Assembly: GCF_006345805.1 (NCBI RefSeq)
Contig: NW_021834888.1
Location: 1 to 53,746, forward strand
Source of the DNA: Octopus sinensis
Taxonomy: Eukaryota
Direction of reading: 5' to 3'
DNA: 53,746 bases
The stretch's first letter is position 1, and every line of letters begins with the position of its first letter. The notes below the pieces were generated by a model, which was given only the letters and a program-made list of their open reading frames with translations, was not told where the DNA came from and did not search any database. Positions 35,941 to 46,241 of the stretch are shown piece by piece. The position numbers and the translations under genes were made by a program.

Positions 35941-36534
35941 CTGTTTTTCATTCCCTTCGAGAATTTATCTCTAATTAGTGGTTTGGACTTTAGCTGTTCC
36001 TTCTAGCGTAAAGGATTCCTATGATGGAAACCTCTTAATATGTTTAAATGTACACTGTATTTTAAATGAATAATATATAGTCTATTGACTAATTTTTCTA
36101 TACGCTAGGCCACTGGTAGTAAAAATTTCTAAAACCTTTATTACCCTGATGTTTTTAATTATGTATAAAGATTTCTGGAAAATTCGTTTGAAGAAATTGC
36201 GGGCATTTTCTTTGCTGTCGACAAAAATCTGTGCTTGTGCGGTGGATTTGAAAAATTAAAATGTATAAGCAAGAGGCACATGCTGGATTGGCCTTGTGTT
36301 AATATGTTTAATCTTGGCGTACCTGTTGATGAAGACTTCACCTGGCAAATTATTTTATTTGCTAAAAAAAAGTCAGAAACCATGGTCCAGGAAATAGATG
36401 GTAAATGTTTTTGTTTCTCATTCCCTTCGAGAATTTATCCCTAATTAGTGGTTTGGACTTTAGCTGTTCCTTCTAGTGTAAGGGAGTCCTATGATGGATA
36501 CCTCTTAATGTGTTTAAATGTACACTGTATTTTA
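35941..36534 (+). mobile_element. ~470-bp unit with 124-bp terminal direct repeats containing a hammerhead (pseudo-LTR/retrozyme-like)
   Basis: 35941-36064 vs 36411-36534, offset exactly 470, about 10 differences; hammerhead at 36322-36391. Confidence 0.55.
36322..36391 (+). ncRNA. type I hammerhead with extended stem II, copy 2, core variants
   Basis: CCUG-UUGAUGA-aGACUU cacc UGGCAAAU uauuuu AUUUGCUA aaaaa AAGUCa-GAA-ACCAUGGU-C-CAGG; C3U and an A-A mismatch at 10.1/11.1; perfect palindromic stem III; GUC triplet. Confidence 0.75.
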
Positions 36535-36649
36535 TATATATATATATTATATACAGGTGCAGGCATGATTCGGGTTCAGTCCCACTGCATGGCACTTTGG
36601 GCAAGTGTCTTCTACTATAGCCTCGGGCCAACCAAGGATTTAGTTGAGT

Positions 36650-36993
36650 ATATCGACCCCAGAACTTATTCTTTGTAAGCCTAGTACTTATTCTATCGGT
36701 TCCTTTTGCCGAACCGCTAAGTTACGGGGACATAAACACACCACACCAGCATTGGTTGTCAAACGATTTTGGTGGAAGAGAAACACAAACATTTACACAT
36801 ACACACACACACACACACACATATATATACGACGGGCTTCTTTCATTTTCCGTCTACCAAATCCACTCACAAGGCTTTGCTCAGCCCAAGGCTTTAGTAG
36901 GAGACACTTGTCCAAAGTGCCACACAGTGGGTCTTAACCCGGAACCATGTGGTTGGTAAGCAAGCTACTTACCACACAGCCACTCCTGTGCCT
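36650..36993 (-). mobile_element. SINE family A, preceded by an inverted head fragment at 36555-36645
   Basis: Matches 1809-2199. Confidence 0.85.
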
Positions 36994-37061
36994 ATGGGTG
37001 AATAATATCTTTCATTATTGAATTATTTAATAGAGGTTTTTCTCTAAATTATATACATATA

Positions 37062-37101
<40 letters not shown>

Positions 37102-37402
37102 ATAACGGATTTTTTAGAAATTTCTATCGGTTTGTTTTGAGACGCATAAATTATAATGGTTATTGACAATTTTTGTCTTTTTTTCGGCATATTTGGCATT
37201 AGAATTTTTCTTTTGCCCTTATTTTGTAAACTATTTTAAAATTTAACCTTTAAAGGTATCTTTTGATATGCTGGCCATTGATAAAATTTTTTCTCGAAAA
37301 AAATTTAATCCTACATTAGATATATATATATATATTATACTATATATATATATATATTATATATATATATATAATATACGATATATATATATTATATGTA
37401 TA

Positions 37403-37646
37403 CAGGGTTGGCCAAAAGTCATGTGACAGTAAATCAAAAATTCCATAAATATTTAATATTCAATTTTATATATTCATTCCAATTATGAATGTTTAATAAT
37501 TAAATGCTGTGAGTTAAAATCGCTGGTTTTTTTTTTCAACATTTTTTGTCTGTTTGTTAGCGAAGTTTTATATAAAATAATTTTTTGTTTTAATCTTGGA
37601 ATTAAATGGCTTTGATTTACTATCAGGTGACTTTTGGCCAACCCTG
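37403..37646. mobile_element. Tc1/mariner-type MITE
   Basis: 36-bp TIRs CAGGGTTGGCCAAAAGTCA..AGTAAATCAAA with 3 mismatches; TA TSD at 37401-02 and 37647-48. Confidence 0.9.
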
Positions 37647-37718
37647 TATGTATATGCATGCATCAAGCATGCATAGATACTTATATACACACACACAGAC
37701 ACACACAGACATACACAT

Positions 37719-38020
37719 ATGGAGGCGCAATGGTCCAGTGGTTAGGGCAGCGGACTTGCAGTCGTAGGAGCGCGGTTTCGATTCCGAGACCGGGTGTTGT
37801 GAGTGTTTATTGAGCTAAACACCTAATGCTCCATGAGGCTCTGGCAGGGAGTGGTGGTGATCCCTGCTGTACCCTTTTGCCACAACTTTCTCTCACTCTT
37901 TCTTCTGTTGGCCTGCTCACCTAGCCAGTAGGGTCTCGTCATTTGAAGGCTAAAACAATGCGAAGCGCATTGTGACAATCGATGTGTAACAACCTCTGAT
38001 TGCCTGGTCGGTCATGGTGA
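37719..38020 (+). mobile_element. tRNA-derived SINE family D
   Basis: GGAGGCGCAATGGTCCAGTGGTTAGGGCAGCGGAC head and body as at 33787. Confidence 0.85.
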
Positions 38021-38459
38021 TCATGGTGATATATATATATGTGTATGTATATATATATATTTAAATTTATTCTTGCTCATGATGGTCATTGCATTCCTTG
38101 TGTACATCTTTATTGTGAGTTTTGATGGTTTTGGGGCCTTGGCTCTGATTTTAGCAAGTGGCATTATATACCCTACTGAATCTAAATTTAGCTTATATTG
38201 TGCCTGTAATGGTGTGAACTTGCTAGCCACCTTATAATTTACCTTATTAATATAATTCATTAATAACTGTAATAATACATTTTTACATTCTCGGGGTGGT
38301 TGGCGTTAGGAAGGGCATCCAGTTGTAGAAACTCTGCCAGATCAGATTGGAGTCTGGTGCAGCCATCTGGTTCGCCAGACCTCAGTCAAATCGTCCAACC
38401 CATACTAGAATGGAAAACAGATGTTAAACAATGATGATGATGATGATATATATATATAG

Positions 38460-38873
38460 GCGTAGGAGTGGCTGTGTGGTAAGGAGCTTGCTTACCAACC
38501 ACATGGTTTCGGGTTCAGTCCCACTGCGTGGCGCCTTGGGTAAGTGTCTTCTACTAAAGCCTCGGGCTGACCAAAGCCTTGTTAGTGGATTTGGTAGACG
38601 GAAACTGAAAGAAGCCCGTCGTATATATGTATATGTATATATATATATGTGTGTTTGTGTGTGTCTGTGTTTGTCCCCCCAACATCGCTTGACAACCAAT
38701 GCTGGTGTGTTTATGTCCCCGTAACTTAGCGGTTTCGGTAAAAGAGACCGATAGATTAAGTACTGGGCTTACAAAGAATGAGTCCTGGGGGTCGATTTGC
38801 TCGACTAAAGGCGGTTCTCCAGCATGGCCACAGTCACATGACTGAAACAAGTAAAAGAGTAAAAGAGTATATA
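38460..38873 (+). mobile_element. SINE family A, full length
   Basis: Complete head, central domain and tail. Confidence 0.9.
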
Positions 38874-39061
38874 TATATATTGATAGAAATGGTAAGACAA
38901 CGAAAGAACAAAAGAGACCTCGGTCTTCGTAAAATAATAAATGCATATGCATGCATAAACGTATGCATGCATGCACGTATGCATGTGCACACGCACACAC
39001 ATACACACACACACATACACACACACAGACACACACACATACAGACACACACAACACTCAC

Positions 39062-39388
39062 GGAGTGGAATCTTGGTTTATGATCTCTTCTCATCACAGA
39101 CAAATTTGTTTACGAACAATATTTTTGAGCATAAAACATCTTGGGCAATGCAGAGTGTATTGGTAAAAAAATATGCAAGCTGGCACTGGGGGTTGCCAAC
39201 AAACTGTGAAAAGGCATCAGTTGTCGTTCAGCTTTCTCTTAGTGCACATCCCAGCTAGAATTTCCTGTATCTTTTCTAGAAAAATTCCTATGGGGAAAAT
39301 AGTTTCAGTTTATGAACATTTCAGGTGACAAATGGCCATAAGGAATGAATTGAACTTGTAAACTGAGAATCCACTGTGTCTATATCTT
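39062..39388. mobile_element. degenerate pogo/Tigger-like MITE
   Basis: Imperfect TIRs GAGTGGAATCTTGGTTTAT / GTAAACTGAGAATCCACTG; internal GTTTA(C/T)GAAC motifs. Confidence 0.4.
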
Positions 39389-39419
39389 TATCTATATCTA
39401 TCAATCTATCTATCTATAT

Positions 39420-39836
39420 TACTCTTTTACTCTTTTAATCGTTTCAGTCATTTGACTGTGGCCATGCTGGAGCACTGCCGTTAGTCAAGCAAATTGACCC
39501 CGGGACTTATTCTTTGTAAGCCAAGTACTTATTCTATCGGTCTCTTTTGCCGAACCGCTAAGTGACAGGGACGTAAACACACCAAGCATCGGTTGTCAAG
39601 CAATGCTATGGGGACAAATCAGACACACAACCACACACCCATACATATATATATATATATATATACATATATACGACAGGCTTCTTTCAGTTTCCGTCTA
39701 CCAAATTCACTCACAAGGCATTGGTTGGCCCGGGGCTATAGCAGAAGACACTTGCCCAAGGTGCCACGCAGTGGGACTGAACCCGGAACCATGTGGCTAG
39801 TAAGCAAGCTACTTACCACACAGCCATTCCTGCGCC
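39420..39836 (-). mobile_element. SINE family A, full length, inverted relative to 38460
   Basis: Reverse complement matches 38460-38873. Confidence 0.9.
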
Positions 39837-39887
39837 TAGCTACACACACACACACACACTCTTGTCATTGTGGTTTTGTGGCATAAA

Positions 39888-40045
39888 ACAAAGCAGGCTT
39901 TGCTGTCCACTTAAGAAAACGTAGTAAATGACCCCCAAGCACTCAAGCAAACTGAGCCCTCAATTTGTTCCATTTGGCAAACTGAGGCACCAGCAGGCCT
40001 CAAGAGACACATTCATGTCCATAGAACAACATTAAGGCTTTATTT
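39888..40045 (+). mobile_element. probable RTE-like LINE C-terminal remnant
   Basis: Frames give KAGFAVHLRKR and ICSI..PAGLKRHIHVH, which look like decayed C2H2-type motifs. Confidence 0.4.
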
Positions 40046-40204
40046 TACTGAACCCTCATTTGTCATTCACGACAAGAGAATCCATCACACACACACACAC
40101 ACACACACATATATACATGTAGGTGTGTATAACATGCATTTGTATCTATGCATATGTTTCTACATAATGTGTACATTATTTGTACGTGTGTGTGTGTGTA
40201 TATA

Positions 40205-40240
<36 letters not shown>

Positions 40241-40357
40241 TATATGTATATGTGAGTGTTTGTATGTAGAGATGTATATATACATATACGTAGGTATTTA
40301 TGTGGAGATATGTGTGTGTATATAGTCCTTTATTCTTTTATTTGTTTCAGTCATTTG

Positions 40358-40392
<35 letters not shown>

Positions 40393-40421
40393 CTTGACAT
40401 AGATTCACTCATATATATAAG

Positions 40422-40452
<31 letters not shown>

Positions 40453-40819
40453 CTTACATAAGCACACTCATATATAAATATTCATATATATATATATTAT
40501 AGTATATATTATATATTGCATATTTATAAAATATTATATATATGTGTGTGTGTGTGGTGGGTATATATATATATGTATAAATATATATACACACACACAC
40601 ACACATGCAAACATACACACAAATGTATTATACACGTGTGTGTGTGTGTGTGTGTGTGTTGTGTATATAATGTCCTACCTTTCTGTTATTACTTTAATCA
40701 GCTACTTCACTGGCCTAAATTCTAGTGATAAAACAGCAACAACAACAATAAACTAACACAGAAACAGCCTGGGAAACTGAAGGAAAATGGAAAAATCTCT
40801 GCTGGTTTCCTTGTCAATT

Positions 40820-41091
40820 ATATGTGCACACCATACACACACATATCTACACACACACTCACACACTCTCTCTCTCACACACACACATATACATACAGTC
40901 TGTCTCTGACCCCCTCTCACACACATGTATGTTTGTGTGTGTCTGTGTGTGTGTGTATATATACATGTATATATTATGTATATATATTCATATATATGTA
41001 TATGTATATATGTGTGTATGTATATATATGTGTATATGATATAATAATATATATATATACTATATACTATATATATATATATATTATATAC

Positions 41092-41158
<67 letters not shown>

Positions 41159-41439
41159 TGTATATATATATGTATGTATATATATATGTATGTGTATATA
41201 TATGTATATATATATATGTATATACATATGTACGTATATATGTATATATATGTGTATATATGTATGTATATATGTATGTATATGTGTATATGTATATATA
41301 TGTGTGTGTATATATGTATGTATGTATATATATACATTATATGTATATATCTATATATATATGTGTATATATATACATATATATATATTATATGTGTATA
41401 TATATACATATATATATATATATATGTGTATATATATAC

Positions 41440-41472
<33 letters not shown>

Positions 41473-41607
41473 TGTATATGTATATATGTTTAGATATGTG
41501 TGTATATATGTGTGTATATACATATATATGTAGTTATACATATATATCTATATATATGTGTGTGTGTATATATATATGTTTATGGATGTGCATGTGTGAA
41601 CATATAC

Positions 41608-41651
<44 letters not shown>

Positions 41652-41700
41652 GTATGCATATAAATATTATGTGTGTATATACATGAAGATATGATATATA
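40820..41700. repeat. large (CA)n/(TA)n/(TATG)n microsatellite
   Basis: Explains ORFs 40753..41541 and 40822..41493. Confidence 0.95.
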
Positions 41701-42087
41701 AATCAAACTCCTCTTCCTCCTCCCTATCCCCTCCTACTACTGCAACCACAGTTATATTGTGTCATCTTCTACCCTTCTTGACTTCAGTTTGTGGTGGTAG
41801 TGGTCGTGGTGTTGGTGGTGGTGGGGTTTCTGATGGGCGCTGGTGTTGTTGTTGTTGTTGCTGTTGGTGGTGGTGGCGGTGGAGACAGCCGTTCTGTAAT
41901 AAATGTTATGTTTAAACAGGAAGCTGTTGAGTTTTTCAAGTGATTTGTGTGTATATGTGTGTGTATGTATGTATATATGTATGCACATACATACTTATGT
42001 ATATCTAAACAATGCACATTTATGCATATGTGTGTGTGTGCGTTTGCACGTATATATTTTTGTATATGTATGCATGTATATGTTTGC

Positions 42088-42125
<38 letters not shown>

Positions 42126-42595
42126 ATGTATGTATATTTACTTCATTTTTGTGTACTTTAGTTTGTCTTAGCCATCGCAACTAAGGCTATGTTAGAATAT
42201 TACTTTTGTATTTCTGTCTGTTTGTATTTCATATACACACACTGTGTGTGTATGTGTGTCTATATATACATGCATACATATATATATATATACATACATA
42301 TATATGTATCATCGTTTCATTTCTGTCTTCCATATGTATGTGTATGTATAAATATATATGTACATTTGTATAAATGGAGAGAAATTTAATTTCTTTTTGC
42401 AACATTTGGAGCATTATCTGAAATATATATGTATTTATTTATTTATCTATCTATCAACCTATCTGTTTGTCTCTATCAGTTTGCCTCTGTCTGTGTGTCT
42501 GTCTCTGCTTTTGTATCTATCTCTCTATTCTTGTTTCTATGTGTATCTGTCTGTTGCTTGCATGCATATATATATATATGTATAATATATATGTG

Positions 42596-42650
<55 letters not shown>

Positions 42651-43349
42651 CATATTTATTTAGATTGATAAATAGATAGATAGATATAGGTATATATATA
42701 TATATATATGTATATGCATATAAATATTTAAACAACTAGTTTACATGTTTCCGACTTACTCTTTGAAGATGCAACATTTAAAAAATGCAGCCCAGCATTA
42801 CATAGCTACATTAGAAAAATCCAATTTCAAGAAGGGTGTAGCCTATATCAAAAGCTAAAATTATGTAGACATAGGAAAATTTTGTGGTATGATCCTCTCG
42901 ATACAGCAATATCTGACTACAAATATAGGTAGACGATCTCTGAAACTGGGAACATATATTACTTATGTTCCATAGATGGTTTTAGAATCTTAAAATTTTT
43001 CTCATAATGCGTAATGGGGCCTCTGGGAGCAGAAAACACCCTTTCCTGGGTTACGTGTAGAAGGGTGGTAACTCTTTACGAAGTCACTTTCAGAAATTAA
43101 TTGTCTCCTTTACATCCAGCGTGAGTAATCTGCTGAAGGTTTTTTTAATTTTTTTTTAAATATTGATATTAATTAATATTTTTTATTGACAATTAATTAT
43201 TAACATAACAGTGTAATCTCAGTTCATTGTATGTATTTCTTAAAATTTGCTAAGATATTGATATTATTTACCGTTTATTATTGACATTTCATTATTAACA
43301 TACAGTTGTCATCTCATTTTGTTACGTAATATTTCTTACATAATGTCTC

Positions 43350-44218
43350 CAGAGAGGGGATCCTCTATTGGTTGAAAAATTATCAGAATCTCAATTGACC
43401 GTGTGAAAGAGCAATACTGGCTCAAAAATACAGCACTGTAAGTAAAATTATTGAGCAGCTGCTGCAGTGTGTTCCTGGAAGTCCTCACATCTACAAGTTA
43501 GTTGATACAATCCCAGATCCAAAAGAGGTGATAAATTATCCAACAGAATTTCTTAATTCATTGGAGCCTCCAGGACTACCTCCCCACAGATTGGAACCGT
43601 TTTTTGTTTGTTCCTTCTCGAGCCACGCCTGGCTCATAAGGGCCGGTTTCCCGGTTTCCTTGGCATATAGGTTCCCCACTTGGACGGGACGCCGATCCGT
43701 CGCAGATGAGCTGCAAGATGCAGGAGGAAAGAGCGAGAGAAAGTTGTGGCGAAAGAGTCAGCAGAAGTTTGCCATTACCTTCTGCCGGAGCCGCGTGGAG
43801 CTTAGGTGTTTCGCTCATAAACACACACATCACCCGGTCTGAGATTTGAACCCGTGATCCCTCGACCGCGAGTCCACTGCTCTAACCACTAGGCCATGTG
43901 CCTCCACATATTGGAACTTAAAGTGGGAACTCCAGTAATGCTATTGAGGAATTTGGATCCACCAACACTCTGCAATCGGACATGCTTGGTGTTAAAGATG
44001 ATGACACCACATGTTATTGGGGCCACCATTCTCTCTGGATGTGGAAAAGGAGAAGATGTTTTCATACCCAGGATTCCTCTCATTCCATCAGGAGCAGAAA
44101 TTCCTTTTTCATTCAGAAGAGTACAAGTTCCTATTCATATCAGCTTCACAATGTCTATCAATAAATCCCAGGACCAAACACTGCCTGTGGTGGGACTTCA
44201 CTTGGAAAAGTCATGTGA
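43350..44218 (+). pseudogene. Helitron Rep/helicase fragment (PIF1-family helicase C-terminal domain)
   Basis: CERAILAQK..VINYPTEFLNSLEPPGLPPHRLE / LKVGTPVMLLRNLDPPTLCNRT..VFIPRIPLIPS..PFSFRRVQVPIHISFTMSINKSQDQTL. The frame is restored when the 43598-43917 insertion is removed. Confidence 0.92.
43598..43907 (-). mobile_element. tRNA-derived SINE family D inserted in the Helitron helicase
   Basis: TSD CACAGATTGGAAC (43585-97) / CACATATTGGAAC (43905-17), overlapping the SINE 5' end. Confidence 0.92.
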
Positions 44219-44450
44219 GAAGCATGACTTTTCCAAGTCATATATATTATGTATATATTATATAATGACCCGTCCTCCTTTTTTTTTGTATCATCTATCT
44301 GGAAGTTTTTGCGTTCTTGTCCCATTTTGTATTTTATTATATATCTATATATATTATATATATAATATATATATATATATATATGTAGGTCCCGGGTTGA
44401 GTCGGGGTTAACCACAGTAAATAAGGTACTCATACATAGCAGAGTAATTA

Positions 44451-44584
44451 ATTTATTTTATAGAAGAAGCTTCTACAGGACTAGAACTGTTTCATCAATC
44501 AAAAGAAATCATCAGGAGCTTCCTGATGATTTCTTTTGAATGAAACAGTTCTAGTCCTGTAGAAGCTCCTTCTATAAAATAAAT
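44451..44584. repeat. ~65-bp-arm fold-back of a Penelope-like terminus
   Basis: ATTTATTTTATAGAAG..ATCATCAGGA-GCT-TCCTGATGAT..CTTCTATAAAATAAAT; one small indel and one substitution between arms. Confidence 0.9.
44515..44569 (+). ncRNA. type I hammerhead with 8-bp stem I and 4-bp stem III
   Basis: GGAGCUUC-CUGAUGA-uUUCuuuuGAAu-GAA-ACAG uucuaguc CUGU-A-GAAGCUCC; stem II is weak (U-U closing pair). A mirror copy lies on the minus strand in the left arm. Confidence 0.7.
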
Positions 44585-44589
44585 ATATA

Positions 44590-45050
44590 TATATATGTAT
44601 ATATATATTATATATATATATATGTATGTATGTGTATATATAATATTTATGTATATATATATGTATGTGTATATATATGTGTATATAGATTATTTATATA
44701 TATAATATGTATGTTGTATCTATATATATATTATATATATATAAGATATATATATAAGATATATATCTATATGTATGTGTATATATATATATATATTATA
44801 TATATATATATAATATATATATAATATATATATAATATATGTATGTGTATATATTATTATGTGTATATATATATATGTATATATATATATGTATGTGTAT
44901 ATATATATTATGTATGTGTATATATATATTTCTGTGTGTGTATATAATATGTATATATATATATGTAATGTATATATATATATATATATATATATCTGTA
45001 TGTATATGTTATATATATATTATATATATATATCTATATATATATACCAT
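44590..45050. repeat. (TA)n/(TATG)n microsatellite
   Basis: Direct inspection. Confidence 0.95.
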
Positions 45051-45582
45051 ATTTTAACACAACACCAGAAATGCTGACAGACATAATAAATGCACTGCAA
45101 ATAAGTTTATACAATCATGTGTTTGAACATACTGTAACTTTTTTGATATAATGTTTTCCATTTCATATCCTGACATTTTTATGTTGCATGTAAAAATACA
45201 CTTCGAACGTCAGAGCTTCTAAGTCTACAATTTTTTAAGCTTAAAAACATTTTTGTATAGTAACAAACAGAATTGGATTGGTAGATTTACAACCTCAGTA
45301 CTTTCTTTTTTCACTTGTATCTGAAGTGTGTAAATATATATTTTGTTTGTATATTGAAGTATTAGTTTGTTTTAATTTATGATAGTTTAAAATGTATTTC
45401 AGACTGAATTTTTTAAAGATAAACTGTAATACCAAATATATTCATATGTTTCAAATGTGATCGAAATATATATATATATATATATATATAGGGGAAGAAT
45501 TCTTAAAAAAAACAAAAGACGAAGGCAGGTGGTATAGAAAACAAACAGATGTATTAGTATAATGCTCAGGAATTGAAAATGT

Positions 45583-45618
45583 CTTTTACGTTTCGAGCCT
45601 ACGCTCTTCCACAGAAAG
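45583..45618 (-). ncRNA. minimal hammerhead motif, A6U variant
   Basis: CUUU-CUGUGGA-A-GAGC guag GCUC-GAAAC-GUA-AAAG. Confidence 0.6.
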
Positions 45619-45772
45619 GAACACAGAAAGAAACAAGGAGAGAAAAAAAAGGCGAGAAAAAATTATATTATATATATATAGGGAGAGTTTACGAAAAAAA
45701 AACAAAAGACGAAGATAGGTGGTGTACAAAACAAACAGATGTATTAGTATAATACTCAGGAATTGAAAATGT

Positions 45773-45808
45773 CTTTTACGTTTCGAGCCTACGCTCTTCC
45801 TCAGAAAG
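45773..45808 (-). ncRNA. minimal hammerhead motif, canonical core
   Basis: CUUU-CUGAGGA-A-GAGC guag GCUC-GAAAC-GUA-AAAG. Confidence 0.75.
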
Positions 45809-45862
45809 GAACACAGAATGAAACAAGGAGAGAAAAAAATGTGTGTAGTTGCTATATATATA

Positions 45863-46093
45863 TATGAGGGGGTGTGGAAAAGTTCCTGGCTTTAGGGGTA
45901 TTATGTATTAAAGGCTGGTTTCGAGGCCCAATATTCCAAGTACTTTTACAGGGTTTAGAAAAAGTGAAGGACCACTGCAATAAGTGTGTGAAATCTGAAA
46001 GGGGAATTTATTGAATAAAATCATAATTAACTGATCCTCCTGTATTTTCTTTTATCCAAAGGCAGGAATGTTGCAGCTTCCCCCACCTTCGTA
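45863..46093 (+). mobile_element. mariner-derived non-autonomous element
   Basis: Ends TATGAGGGGGTGTGGAAAAGTTCCTGGCTTT / AAAGGCAGGAATGTTGCAGC..CCTTCGTA; internal QGLEKVKDHCNKCV..KGEFIE matches a mariner C-terminus. Confidence 0.7.
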
Positions 46094-46241
46094 TTATGTG
46101 AAACAATATATATTAATATACATAAGCGTTATGTGCAAACAAAATACATTTATACACTTTAAATGTGACTTTCTGAACTGTAACCAACTATGTGGATGAT
46201 CTGACTTTTTCTCCGTGATTTACACATATGTGAGCCAAGCA

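Larger units (their letters stand above)
45491..45853 (-). mobile_element. tandem dimer of a 190-bp Penelope-like/retrozyme-like unit (family Y)
   Basis: Units start at 45491 and 45681 on + coordinates; each has a hammerhead; a short (TA)n spacer separates them. Confidence 0.75.

Noticed and set aside
36171-36400. 76-codon open frame with AG/GT borders (FLENSFEEIAG..TMVQEID), first read as a coding exon with a pseudogenised paralog at 32555-32655
   Set aside because: Differences between the two copies follow RNA base pairing, not codon structure; the paralog has stops and indels; the acceptor lacks a pyrimidine tract. The hammerhead explains the conservation. Dual use is not excluded without RNA-seq.
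38050-38235. Hydrophobic 58-codon frame resembling a membrane protein or NUMT
   Set aside because: No acceptor, no recognisable mitochondrial or receptor motif; T-rich composition explains the hydrophobicity.
40753-41663. Long ORFs rich in Y/I/H/T/C/V/M here and throughout the track
   Set aside because: Translations of (TA)n, (CA)n and (GT)n microsatellites.
42935-43050. Faint peptide resemblance (LC..GF..LK..S..CV.M..LG..W) to the 36220-36350 frame
   Set aside because: Needs gaps and crosses stops; likely chance once the 36.2-kb ORF is treated as non-coding.
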